A DNA stretch of 33,616 nt from the NCBI GenBank assembly GCA_046754105.1, contig JBHHVD010000029.1, positions 1 to 33,616 of the forward strand. The letters run 5' to 3'. Each line of letters starts with the position of its first letter. The stretch's first letter is position 1. The notes under the pieces were generated by a model. It saw only the letters and a program-made list of their open reading frames with translations. It was not told the origin of the DNA and made no database searches. This document shows, piece by piece, positions 10,916 to 20,187 of the stretch. Position numbers and translations under genes: made by a program. This DNA comes from Candidatus Krumholzibacteriia bacterium. Its GTDB lineage: Bacteria; Krumholzibacteriota; Krumholzibacteriia; WVZY01.

Positions 10916-10958
10916 ACGCGGCCGCCCGGGGCCGTCAACGACCGGATCTCTGCCATGG

Positions 10959-11537
10959 TTACGCCCCGCCGTCCCCGCGCACCTGGCGGTGGCGGAAGCA
11001 ATCCTTCGTGTGATCGTTCACCATACCCACGGCTTGCATGAAGGCATAGCAAATCGTGGGGCCGACAAACTTGAAGCCCCGTTTTTTGAGGTCCTTGCTC
11101 ATCGCTTCGGATTGCGGCGTGCTCGCCGGTATCTGGCTGAGATTCCGCCACCGGTTTTGCACGGGTTTGCGCCCAACGAATTGCCAGACGTAGTCATCGA
11201 ATGACCCGCACTCGCGCCGTACGTCCAGAAACGCGCGCGCATTGACCTTGACCGATGCGATCTTGAGTTTGTTCCTCACGATTCCCGGGTCTTGCAGGAG
11301 CCTTCGCTGCCCCGCATCGGTCAGGCGCGCGAGTTCCTCGGGGTCGAACCCTGCGAGCGCCGCGCGGTAGTTCTCCCGTTTCCTGAGAATCGTCGACCAG
11401 CTCAGCCCGGCCTGCGCACCCTCGAGAATCAGGAATTCGAAGAGCCTCCGGTCGTCGTGTTGCGGCACCCCCCATTCCTCGTCGTGATACGATACCATCA
11501 ACGGGTCGTCGCCGGCCCACCTGCAGCGCGTCTTCAT
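10959..11537 (-). CDS. tag: DNA-3-methyladenine glycosylase I
   Basis: RCRWA...YHDEEWG, LFEFLILEGAQAGLSWSTIL, IVRNKLKI and GFKFVGPTICYAFMQAVGMVNDH...C. A longer in-frame start exists at 11606. Confidence 0.95.
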   Translation of the reverse strand: MKTRCRWAGDDPLMVSYHDEEWGVPQHDDRRLFEFLILEGAQAGLSWSTILRKRENYRAALAGFDPEELARLTDAGQRRLLQDPGIVRNKLKIASVKVNARAFLDVRRECGSFDDYVWQFVGRKPVQNRWRNLSQIPASTPQSEAMSKDLKKRGFKFVGPTICYAFMQAVGMVNDHTKDCFRHRQVRGDGGA

Positions 11538-11606
11538 ACGAGCGACCGGTAATAGTCGATTGTCGACTCCGGACCGATGCCGCCGATGATGCCTATCGTT
11601 TTTCAT
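11534..11606 (-). pseudogene. Remnant of an aspartate/glutamate (amino-acid) racemase gene, first ~23 codons only, with a +1 frameshift
   Basis: Removing one A from ATGAAAAACG gives MKTIGIIGGIGPESTIDYYRSLV-stop, the characteristic N-terminus of Asp/Glu racemase (YgeA/RacX-like) proteins. Confidence 0.75.
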
Positions 11607-11608
11607 GA

Positions 11609-11839
11609 TCAGGACAAGAACCGTCTTACCAGATGCAACACGAGACTCAGCGCCACGGAGACCACCAGCATCGACGCCAGTGGAAAATAGACACGTACCT
11701 TGCCGCTCTCAATACGAACGTCGCCGGGCAGGTGGCCAAACCATTTGAACACTCCGGCCCATATGAGAAACCCGGCCAGCACGGCCACGACCCCGGCCCC
11801 GATGACGAACAAACCGATGTGCTCGCGTGGCATGCCCAT
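11609..11839 (-). CDS. DUF2905 family small membrane protein
   Basis: Two hydrophobic segments with WFGHLPGDVRIE...VYFPLASM. GGGGAG SD upstream of the ATGs at 11839 and 11833, so the start is uncertain. Confidence 0.85.
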   Translation of the reverse strand: MGMPREHIGLFVIGAGVVAVLAGFLIWAGVFKWFGHLPGDVRIESGKVRVYFPLASMLVVSVALSLVLHLVRRFLS

Positions 11840-11853
11840 GAATCTCCCCGTAT

Positions 11854-12363
11854 CTACCATGTACCCGCGTAACGGCTGGAGAACGGCTCCGCGAAATGCT
11901 GCGTGTAGTCGAAGTGCAGGCGTGCCAGCTGGCGAAAATGCAGGTAATCATGCGAGAGCCACGAGGCCATGAGGTCGCCGGCGCTCAGTTCTAAAGTCGG
12001 GTGCTCGAGCCTGGCGTTCCAGTCCACGTCGTCGAGGCCGGCGAGCCAGGCGAGCGACTGCCCGCGCTCTTGCGCGAATCGCTCGAGCGACTCACCCAGG
12101 CCCTTCGTATTGTACTCACGCTCGATACGCCATTTCTCGGTGTCGAACGGCGGGGGCTGCTTGCCCGGGTGGTGAAGCGCCAGGTCGAGCCGCGGCCGGA
12201 AGTCTTCGCGTTCCTCGTCGTAGAGATGGTTTACCACCTCGAGGATCGACCAGCGCTCCGGTGTGGGTTTCCAGCGAGCCTGCTCGACGGGCATGTGGGC
12301 TGCCAGGCTTCGGAATGTGTGCTCGTTGTTCGACATCGCATTTATGAAATGGTGCAGGTCCAT
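11854..12363 (-). CDS. DinB/YfiT-like family protein (putative metal-dependent thiol transferase fold)
   Basis: WKP..ERWSILEVVNHLYDEE and HDYLH His triad. Start is ATG 12363 or GTG 12372. Confidence 0.85.
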   Translation of the reverse strand: MDLHHFINAMSNNEHTFRSLAAHMPVEQARWKPTPERWSILEVVNHLYDEEREDFRPRLDLALHHPGKQPPPFDTEKWRIEREYNTKGLGESLERFAQERGQSLAWLAGLDDVDWNARLEHPTLELSAGDLMASWLSHDYLHFRQLARLHFDYTQHFAEPFSSRYAGTW

Positions 12364-12453
12364 TCTCTTCACCCTCTCATCTCATTGAGTGAATCGCGGC
12401 GCCACGCCCAGGTCCTCGCCCCCGTTCTCGCGCGGCGAGAAAACCACGGGTCG

Positions 12454-12482
12454 ATTGTATGGATTTCCGCAGTGTGTTTCAA
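12454..12482 (-). promoter_or_regulatory. Sigma70-type promoter for the dinB-DUF2905-tag-tauE-lysE operon
   Basis: Minus strand TTGAAA-N17-TACAAT. The -35 overlaps the TGA stop of the upstream RND permease. Confidence 0.7.
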
Positions 12483-15400
12483 CCGGGTTGAACGGTCCGC
12501 CGCCGCGGCATGATCCTCAGCCGCCGCAACGTCCACAGCAGTATGCGTCCTATGCGGTCGAACAAGTCCTCGATGAGGGAGGCACTCGTGGGGAGCAGCA
12601 CCGCCGTCAGGAAGGTCGATACCACAAGCCCCCCCATGATGACCAACGCCATCGAGTAGTAGTAGACCCCGCCCAGCGAGGGTTTTTGCACGACCATGGG
12701 AATGAGGCTGATTAACGTCGTGATCGCGGTCATCAGAATCGGCCGCAGACGCTCGCGGCCGCCGCGGACCATGGCTTCGAAACGTTCCATGCCTTTGCGG
12801 CGGTAGCTGTTGATGTGTTCGATCATGACGATACCGTTGTTCACCACGATTCCAATGAGGAGCAATAACCCCACGGCTGCGGGTTGGTCGAAATCCGTGC
12901 CCGTCGCATAGAGTGTCCACACGGCTCCGGCGAGTGCAAAGGGCAGCGCGACCATCAGTGCGATCGCCTGGCGCACGGACTCGAAGAGCCCGGCCATTAC
13001 GGCGAACACGAGCATCAATGCCAGCAGCAGGTTAACCATGAACTCGCGCGATTTCTCCTTGGCCCGCTGCTGCCAGCGACCGAAGGTCCACGAGTAGCCG
13101 TAGGGAAACTCCATTCCGTTCATTGCCGCGGTGACGAGCGGCATGTATTCCTGGCGAGTGCCTTCCTCGTAACGCGCCCCTACCCACAAGCTGGTGAGGC
13201 GGTCGTCGCGCTGTATGCGCTCGGCGCCGGGAACCTCATGAAAATCCGCCAGCGCTGCCAGTGGGACCTTTTCGCCCTCGGAGGTCCACAGCGGCAGGTT
13301 TGTCAGTTGTGCTACCGATTCGGTTTCCCGTTCGTCGAGCGTCATGCGCATCTCGCGCTCGCCGTCGAACGTGCGGAATCGCTGCAGCCGGCGCCCGCGA
13401 TACGTAAGATCCACGACATCCGCCGGCTGGGTAAGAAAAACCCCATACCTCGCCGCCAGCTCGCGGTCGAGTTCGATGTGCAACTCCTGTCCGCCTTGTT
13501 CGTTGCTCGAAAACGTCTCGCCGAGACCCGGAATGGCTTCCAGCCGTCGCCTGGCTTCTTCCGCCAGGCCGGCCAGGACTTCGGAATCTTCCCCGACGAG
13601 TTGAAACGCAACGCGTTTTCCCCTGTCCTGTCGCCAGAACTGGCGGTTCTCCATGACCTCGAGCTTGACGCCGGCGATCTCCGGCAGGACTTCGCGCAGC
13701 TTCTTGCGCACGGCCGCTATATTGTCCTCGTCGGCTTCACCCTCACGCAGGTACACCCGCGTGAGCGTCCAGCGATCGCTCCAGAAACTGTAGATCGCCC
13801 GGGCTTTCATCTGATCGCGGTGCGGCTCGAGCACCGCCTCGACCCTGTTGACCAGCTCTTCCTTGCGCTCCAGGCTCATTTCCTCGCTGATGTCGTAGCG
13901 CACCTGGACGAATAACTCGCTCTTATTCGTGTCGAAATTCTTCTCGATCTTGATGAATGGGTACACGGCGGACGCGACGATCACGATGCCGATGACCGGG
14001 GTGAGCCACCGGTGGCGCAGGTTGAAGCCAAGGATTCGCACGTACCGTTCCTCCATCCACGTCATCAGGCGCCCTCGCGGCCGCGGTTTCGACTTGATAA
14101 ACCACGACGTCGCCAGGGGAATCAACGTCTGGCTGATGAAAAGGGAGGCCAGAAGCGTCAGGCACACCGTGATACCGAGCTCTTTGAGGTAGATGTTCAT
14201 CTCGCTCGGCTTGTTGAAGATCAGGGGCAGGAACACGATGACCGACGTCAGCGTGGCCGCGATCACGGCGGTGGACACCTCACGCGAGCCGAGGCGGGCC
14301 GCATTGCGGCGGTCGTACCCCAGTTCGCGGTGCCGGAATATGTTTTCCATGACGACGACGGCGTTGTCCACGAGCATACCGATACCCACGATCAGGCCCA
14401 GGAGGGTCAGCGTGTTCAGCGTCTTGCCCTGCGCCCAGATGAAACCGCAGGTGACGATCAGCGAGAACGGGATACACAAGACCGACACCAGTGTCGTCGT
14501 GACACGCCGCAGGAAACCATAGAGAATGACCGACGCGAGGATCGCCCCGAAGATGCCGGTGAACATGAGGTCTTTGAGGGTCTTCCGGATCTCCCTTCCC
14601 TGGCTGAACCACACGAGAAAGTTTACGCCCTCCAGCTCCGGGTCCTCTCCCATGGCGGCGATACGATTTTCGATCTCCTCGCACACCTCCACGGTATTGG
14701 CCTTCGCCTCCTGGCTGACGGTGATGCCGATTGCGAAGTTGCCGTCGAGATGACGGCCGTACTCGAGGGGAGGCTCCTGGTAGACGACGTCCGCAATGTC
14801 CCGGAGCCGCAGGCCGTCGTCGCGCAGCACAAGGTTGATGATTTCGTTTACGTCCGAGAGGGTCGCCACCGTGCGCAGGGCGTAACGGGCGTCGCCTTCG
14901 GTTATCTTGCCGAGGGACTGATCGAAATTCGTGTCGCGCAGCAACCGGGTGACGTCGCGGACGTCGAGCCCGTGCGCTTCGAGGTCAGCCACACGCAGGT
15001 TGATCCGTACTTCGCGCGGGTTCACGCCGTCCAGGCGTACCTGAGCCACACCGGCGATTCTCTCCAGCGGGCGTACGATCTTGCGATCGAGCAGATCGTA
15101 ACTCTCGCTGAGGTCGCTGTTCGACGAGAGCCGCCCCTCGACAATCGGCATATCCGCCTCGCGCGCGTTCCAGTTGCTGCTGACCGTTATGTCCCCGATA
15201 TCATCGGGCAGGTCCCGGCGGGTGCGGTCGAGCTTCTCCCACACTTCCACCCTTGTTAGCCGCATGTCCATGGACCAGTCGAACTGCAGCCGCACCATGC
15301 CGCCGTCCTCGTTGCACTGCGACCACATGCTGCGCAGACCCTTGACCGACCCTAGCGCGTCTTCGACGGGCCGCACGATCATGCGTTCGATTTGCTCGGG

Positions 15401-15565
15401 GGAGGCGTTCGTGTACGGCACTCGTACGAAGAGATGTGGTTCGTCGACGTCCGGCAGGAACGCCAGCGGCAGCCTCACCAGCGCCACCCCGCCGAGCACC
15501 ACCAGGCTCACGAGGATCATCAGGGTGGTCACGTGTCTCTTGATCGCCAGTTCCGGAAGCGTCAT
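12479..15565 (-). CDS. RND efflux transporter permease subunit (AcrB/SwrC-like), second copy
   Basis: About 1028 aa from MTLPELAIKRH. Motifs GMLVDNAVVVMEN, GIVVNNGIVMI and RLRPILMT. ATGA overlap with the upstream permease stop. Confidence 0.93.
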   Translation of the reverse strand: MTLPELAIKRHVTTLMILVSLVVLGGVALVRLPLAFLPDVDEPHLFVRVPYTNASPEQIERMIVRPVEDALGSVKGLRSMWSQCNEDGGMVRLQFDWSMDMRLTRVEVWEKLDRTRRDLPDDIGDITVSSNWNAREADMPIVEGRLSSNSDLSESYDLLDRKIVRPLERIAGVAQVRLDGVNPREVRINLRVADLEAHGLDVRDVTRLLRDTNFDQSLGKITEGDARYALRTVATLSDVNEIINLVLRDDGLRLRDIADVVYQEPPLEYGRHLDGNFAIGITVSQEAKANTVEVCEEIENRIAAMGEDPELEGVNFLVWFSQGREIRKTLKDLMFTGIFGAILASVILYGFLRRVTTTLVSVLCIPFSLIVTCGFIWAQGKTLNTLTLLGLIVGIGMLVDNAVVVMENIFRHRELGYDRRNAARLGSREVSTAVIAATLTSVIVFLPLIFNKPSEMNIYLKELGITVCLTLLASLFISQTLIPLATSWFIKSKPRPRGRLMTWMEERYVRILGFNLRHRWLTPVIGIVIVASAVYPFIKIEKNFDTNKSELFVQVRYDISEEMSLERKEELVNRVEAVLEPHRDQMKARAIYSFWSDRWTLTRVYLREGEADEDNIAAVRKKLREVLPEIAGVKLEVMENRQFWRQDRGKRVAFQLVGEDSEVLAGLAEEARRRLEAIPGLGETFSSNEQGGQELHIELDRELAARYGVFLTQPADVVDLTYRGRRLQRFRTFDGEREMRMTLDERETESVAQLTNLPLWTSEGEKVPLAALADFHEVPGAERIQRDDRLTSLWVGARYEEGTRQEYMPLVTAAMNGMEFPYGYSWTFGRWQQRAKEKSREFMVNLLLALMLVFAVMAGLFESVRQAIALMVALPFALAGAVWTLYATGTDFDQPAAVGLLLLIGIVVNNGIVMIEHINSYRRKGMERFEAMVRGGRERLRPILMTAITTLISLIPMVVQKPSLGGVYYYSMALVIMGGLVVSTFLTAVLLPTSASLIEDLFDRIGRILLWTLRRLRIMPRRRTVQPG

Positions 15566-18500
15566 GGGGTAGTGTCCTTTTCGGGTTCGAGCCCCTCCTC
15601 GGTCGTCATGCGCGAGGGCACGATCATGTAGGCGGCGGGGATCACGACCAGCGTCAGGAGCGCGCCCAACGCCAGCCCGGACGCCACCGTGATCGCCAGC
15701 GGCGAGCGCAGCTCGGCGCCTTCGCCCCAACCGATGGCCATCGGCACGAGCGCCAGTATCGTCGTCAGCGTGGTCATTAGAATCGGGCGCAGGCGAATGT
15801 GGCCCGCGCGGACCACAGCCTCGAGTTTTTCCACTCCCGCCCTTCGCAACCGGTTTACCGCGTCGATGAGAACGATCGCGTTGTTGACCACGATACCCAC
15901 GAGCATGATGGTCCCGATGAGTACTATGACGCTGATCGTGGTGCCGGTCGCCAGCAGGCCCGCGACGACACCGACCAGGGCCAGGGGTATTGTGAAAAGC
16001 ACGATGAACGGGTGCGCGAACGACTCGAACGTCGCCGCCATCACCAGGTATACGAGAAAGATCGCCAGACCCAGCGCAAAGCGAAGGCTGGCGAACGACG
16101 TTTGCATCTCGCGGTTCTGGCCGCCGATTTCGGTCGTGATACCGGCCGGGGGCGGAGCGCCGCCGATGACACCCTCGATATCGGACACGACCGATCCCAG
16201 GCTTCGACCCTTGAGGTTGGCGGAGATCACGGCGGCCCGCTGCTGTTGCAGGCGATGGATTTCGGCGGGGCCCCGGTCGAGGTTCACGTCCGCGACGGCG
16301 AGCAGCCGGATCGGGCGGCCTTCCGGTCCCGGCAGTACGAGATTGCGAACGTCCGCGACCGAGGCCCGGTGGTCCTCGCTATTGCGGATACGGATATCGA
16401 TCTGCCGGTCCTCCTCCTTGAAACGGGTGGGCACCACTCCCTGCACCCGGTTCTTCAACGTCTCCGACAACGAGCCCATGTCCAGCCCCATCGACGCCAG
16501 CCGCCGACGGTTGAAGACCACCTGCAGCTCGGGGTTGCCGGCCTCGAGCGACGAGTTGACGTCGACCAGTCCCGGCACCGCGGCGAGTTCCTGCGCCAAC
16601 TCGAGCGAGTAGCCGCGCAGTTCGTCGAGATTGTCGCCGAAGAGAATCACCTCGACCGGCGTTTTCAGGCTGAAATAAGAGGGGCGGCCGAATTTGACCT
16701 CGAGGTCGGGGATGGCTTCGAACCGTGCGCGGAGCCGCTCGACGGTCGTTGTCTCCGCCTCGTCGTCCGTTCGGTTCTTCATGACCATGTTGATCTGCCC
16801 GAGGTTTTCCCCCTTCGTATTGAGTGACATCCCGCCTGCGACCAGGCGGCTGCCGACCGTCGCGTAGTACCGTTCGATCCCGCCCTGCGCCTTCGCCTCG
16901 CTTTCCATGACGTCCATGATCCTGTCCGTCGCCGCGAGCGAGGTGCCCTCCGGCATGTTGACTTCGAAGAAGAACTCTCCTTCGCTGAGCGGCGGTATCA
17001 ACTCCGTCCCCACGAGACGAAGCGAAGCGAGTGCGGCGAAAAAGAGCGCGAACGCCACGCCCAGAGTCACCCACCGGCGGCGTATCGCCGTGCGAACCAG
17101 CCCGTCGTAAATCCGCGAGAACCTCCCCATGGTCGGCGTCTGTGCCTCGGCCGCCGCCGGCGCGGCCGCGGGCCCCAGCTGTCCCCCAAGCCCGCTCAAC
17201 ATCGGGATTACCGTCACCGCCACCACGAGCGAGGCGAGCAGGCTTATCGTTACCGTCCACGCCTGGTCCTTGAAGAGTTGCCCCGCCACACCTTCCACGA
17301 AGACGATCGGCAGGAACACGGCCACCGTCGTCAGCGTCGACGCGACGACCGCGGGGCCGACGTCGGTCGTGCCCGCAACCGATGCCCGGGCCAGCGGCAG
17401 TCCTTCCTGCCGCCTGCGAAAAACCGATTCCAGCACCACGATCGAGTTGTCCACCAGCATGCCGATGCCCAGGGTCAGGCCTCCGAGAGACATTATGTTG
17501 AGCGAGATGTCCATGCGGTACATCAGCATGAAAGTGGCGATAACAGACAGGGGGATCGAAGTCGCAATGATGATCGTGCTGCGAACGTCCCGGAGAAACG
17601 CGAACAGCACCAGGATGGCCAGAATACCCCCGATGACGGCCGCGTTACGAACCTCGTTGATGGACTGCTTGATGAAATGGGACTGGTCGAAGAGAACGGT
17701 CAACGTGTGTTCCGGGGGCAGCTTGTCTTGCCACTCGTCCTGCCGCTCCCGCACCAGCCGCGCCACCGTAACGGAATTGGCGTCCCCCTCCTTGAATATC
17801 GCGATTTCCACGCATTCCTCGCCGTTGACCCGGGTTATTTCTTCGCGCTCTTTCGTCCCCTGGATCACTTCCGCAACGTCAGCCAGCCGGACGATCCCCG
17901 ATTCACTCTGCGACACGATGAGGTCGGCGATTTCATCGACGGTGTCGAATTCGTTTACCGTCCGGATCAAGTATTGACTGTCTTCGCCGCGAAGTGCGCC
18001 ACCGGGCAGGTTGATGTTGGAGACGCCGACGATCTGGCGAACGCGGTCGAGCGGCAGCTCCAACGCGGCCAGGCGCTCCTGGTCGACGTTGACCTGAATT
18101 TCCTCCTCGAGACCGCCCTTGATCTGCGCGGCCGCGACACCCTTAATTGTTTCGAATTCCTGTTTGAGTTTGCGATCGGCGAGGTGTCGCATGTCGACCA
18201 GCTCGCCGGGGCCCGACAGCGAGAGCCGCATGATGGGATCGAGCGAGGGGTCGAAACGCAATACGATGGGGTCGTCCGCCTCGTCGGGCAGAATCAGCCG
18301 GTCGAGTTTCTCGCGCACTTCCATGGATTGTGTATCCATGTCGGTGCCCCAATCGAATTCCAGGGTGACCTCCGAGACGCCGGGGCGCGATACCGAGTGA
18401 ATCGTCTGCAACCCCCGTAGCACGCCGACGGCCTCCTCGACGGGCCGCGTGACCAGATTCTCGACTTCCTGCGGGGCGGTATCGGGGAAATCCGTCTGCA

Positions 18501-18642
18501 CGGTTAGTGACGGATAGGTGATGTCGGGAAACAGCTCCAGCGACAGGCGCTGGAAACCGACGAAGCCGAAGGCGGCAACGGCCAGTGCCGTCATCGTAAC
18601 GGTCACGCGGCGCCGCACTGCGAGCGCGACCACCGAGCGCAT
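15562..18642 (-). CDS. RND efflux transporter permease subunit (AcrB/SwrC-like), first copy
   Basis: 1026 aa. Motifs LELFPDITYP, GMLVDNSIVVLE, GIVVNNAIVLID and RLRPILMTT. TAATG overlap with the adaptor stop. Confidence 0.95.
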   Translation of the reverse strand: MRSVVALAVRRRVTVTMTALAVAAFGFVGFQRLSLELFPDITYPSLTVQTDFPDTAPQEVENLVTRPVEEAVGVLRGLQTIHSVSRPGVSEVTLEFDWGTDMDTQSMEVREKLDRLILPDEADDPIVLRFDPSLDPIMRLSLSGPGELVDMRHLADRKLKQEFETIKGVAAAQIKGGLEEEIQVNVDQERLAALELPLDRVRQIVGVSNINLPGGALRGEDSQYLIRTVNEFDTVDEIADLIVSQSESGIVRLADVAEVIQGTKEREEITRVNGEECVEIAIFKEGDANSVTVARLVRERQDEWQDKLPPEHTLTVLFDQSHFIKQSINEVRNAAVIGGILAILVLFAFLRDVRSTIIIATSIPLSVIATFMLMYRMDISLNIMSLGGLTLGIGMLVDNSIVVLESVFRRRQEGLPLARASVAGTTDVGPAVVASTLTTVAVFLPIVFVEGVAGQLFKDQAWTVTISLLASLVVAVTVIPMLSGLGGQLGPAAAPAAAEAQTPTMGRFSRIYDGLVRTAIRRRWVTLGVAFALFFAALASLRLVGTELIPPLSEGEFFFEVNMPEGTSLAATDRIMDVMESEAKAQGGIERYYATVGSRLVAGGMSLNTKGENLGQINMVMKNRTDDEAETTTVERLRARFEAIPDLEVKFGRPSYFSLKTPVEVILFGDNLDELRGYSLELAQELAAVPGLVDVNSSLEAGNPELQVVFNRRRLASMGLDMGSLSETLKNRVQGVVPTRFKEEDRQIDIRIRNSEDHRASVADVRNLVLPGPEGRPIRLLAVADVNLDRGPAEIHRLQQQRAAVISANLKGRSLGSVVSDIEGVIGGAPPPAGITTEIGGQNREMQTSFASLRFALGLAIFLVYLVMAATFESFAHPFIVLFTIPLALVGVVAGLLATGTTISVIVLIGTIMLVGIVVNNAIVLIDAVNRLRRAGVEKLEAVVRAGHIRLRPILMTTLTTILALVPMAIGWGEGAELRSPLAITVASGLALGALLTLVVIPAAYMIVPSRMTTEEGLEPEKDTTP

Positions 18643-19898
18643 TAAGAGCCTGCCTGTTTCGTCCGTGCGGTCCGGGGTCGTTGGGTGGGTGAGTCGGAGA
18701 GTATCTTGATCGGCGAGCCGTGCTTGAGGGAGCGTTGTCCCTTGACGACAACGTGCTCACCCTGCTCGACCCCGCTGAGAATCTGAGCGCGTTCGCCGTC
18801 CTCGAACCCGGTGTCGACCACGCGCCGTTCGGCCGTGCTGTCGGCCGCCACGTAGACCACCTGGTCTCCCCGGTCGGTGAACACCGCGATCTTCGGCACG
18901 AGTGTCACGCCGGTGCGGCGCTCGGTCACGATGCTCACCTCGGCGAAGTCGCCGGGGCGGGTACCCTCGGGGTACTCGGGAATCTCGACCGTGATTTTGA
19001 TGGTGCCGCTGCCCGGGTCGATGACCGGGCTGACGAGCTTGATACGGCCGTCGAGCCGTTGCTTGTTGCTGTCGAGGACGATCTGGACGTTCTGGTCCGG
19101 CTTGAGTTTCTTGAATTCCTTCGAAGGCACGCGGACGATGGCCAGCAGCGGATCGAAATCGGAGACCAGAAAGAGCGGCAGGCCGATGGTGACGTTCTGC
19201 CCGACGTCCACCCGCCGGCTCACCACGCGCCCGCTAAACGGGGCGGTTACCGTCGTGTACGACAGGTTCAGCCTCGCCAGGCCCTCCGCCGCCTCCGCCG
19301 CCTTGAGGTCGTTTCGCACCCCCTGGAACTCCTCAGCAGACACTAACTGCTGTTCCCACATGTTTTTGAGACGGTCGTGACGATCCTTCAGGCTCGAAGT
19401 CCGGGCCTCGGCCTCGGCGAGCCGCAGGCGGTACTCCGCATCTTCGACCCGCAGCAGGATCTGTCCCGACCGGACCCAGTCGCCCTCCTCGCACCCCAGC
19501 GCGAGCGCCACACCGGTGGCTCGGGCCAGGATCTCGGCCTCCTTTTCCGCGGTCAGCGTCGCGGTGGCGGTGTAGTAACTGGCGATGTCGCCCTTGCTAA
19601 CTGCTTCTACTGCAACAGGCACTGGCGGTTGCGACGGGCCGCGCCGCTGGCCCCCCGTTTGCTTCCCCTTCTGGCCGGCACGGGCCGTCCGGGCTCCGTT
19701 TCCCTTGTTGGCTTCCTCCCCTCCCCGGCCACAACCCGCCGAGACGAGTAGGAGGAGCGCCGCCGCGGCACCGGCGGCGAGCCAAACGTGTAACCTGTTT
19801 TTATTAAACAAACTGGGAACCGCACGCTCGCACGCGCCGCTCGCACGCGCGGGCCGCTCGGGCCGACCGTACCGGCGTGAAATCAATGTCCTCGGCAT
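18642..19898 (-). CDS. RND efflux periplasmic adaptor (membrane fusion protein), probable lipoprotein
   Basis: EEGDWVRSGQIL, TVTAPFSGRV, ISPVIDP-like VSPVIDPGSGT and GEHVVVKGQ motifs. Lipobox-like LVSAG-C. Start uncertain: ATG 19898 with GAGG, or TTG 19811 giving a compact signal peptide. Confidence 0.9.
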   Translation of the reverse strand: MPRTLISRRYGRPERPARASGACERAVPSLFNKNRLHVWLAAGAAAALLLLVSAGCGRGGEEANKGNGARTARAGQKGKQTGGQRRGPSQPPVPVAVEAVSKGDIASYYTATATLTAEKEAEILARATGVALALGCEEGDWVRSGQILLRVEDAEYRLRLAEAEARTSSLKDRHDRLKNMWEQQLVSAEEFQGVRNDLKAAEAAEGLARLNLSYTTVTAPFSGRVVSRRVDVGQNVTIGLPLFLVSDFDPLLAIVRVPSKEFKKLKPDQNVQIVLDSNKQRLDGRIKLVSPVIDPGSGTIKITVEIPEYPEGTRPGDFAEVSIVTERRTGVTLVPKIAVFTDRGDQVVYVAADSTAERRVVDTGFEDGERAQILSGVEQGEHVVVKGQRSLKHGSPIKILSDSPTQRPRTARTKQAGS

Positions 19899-20158
19899 GG
19901 CGCCTCTCTGTGGAAAACGTGTAATGGGCTCGGGGCGCAGAAGAAGGGCGAGGCGGCAGCAGCATGGACGAATGCCGCCGGCCTGTCGATACCGATTTCT
20001 ACGTATTCCCGGCGTCGGGGTTCCCACCCAAATCGCCGCTCTGCACCGGGTTTCACGACCGGCGCGGTGGCAGCGCCTCGCCGGCGCGCGCGTACTTTGC
20101 GTACACCACCCGTACCCTGTTCGACCCCACCCGCGTTGTTTTGGTTGTGTCCGCTTTC

Positions 20159-20187
20159 ATTCTACCACCAAATCCAACGCCATCCAA
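20159..20187 (-). promoter_or_regulatory. Putative sigma70 promoter for the RND operon
   Basis: Minus strand TTGGAT-N17-TAGAAT with a TGn extension. Confidence 0.5.

Noticed and set aside
15566..15730. 55-aa N-terminal extension of the second RND permease in the ORF track
   Set aside because: It overlaps the end of the first permease. The ATGA-coupled start at 15565 gives a typical RND N-terminus.
19909..19917. DnaA-box-like TGTGGAAAA upstream of the RND adaptor
   Set aside because: An isolated one-mismatch 9-mer is expected by chance in 33 kb.
20085..20110. ACGCAAAG resembling a c-di-GMP-I riboswitch core (minus strand)
   Set aside because: The upstream GGCAAAC/GAAA stem and the downstream P3 elements are not present.
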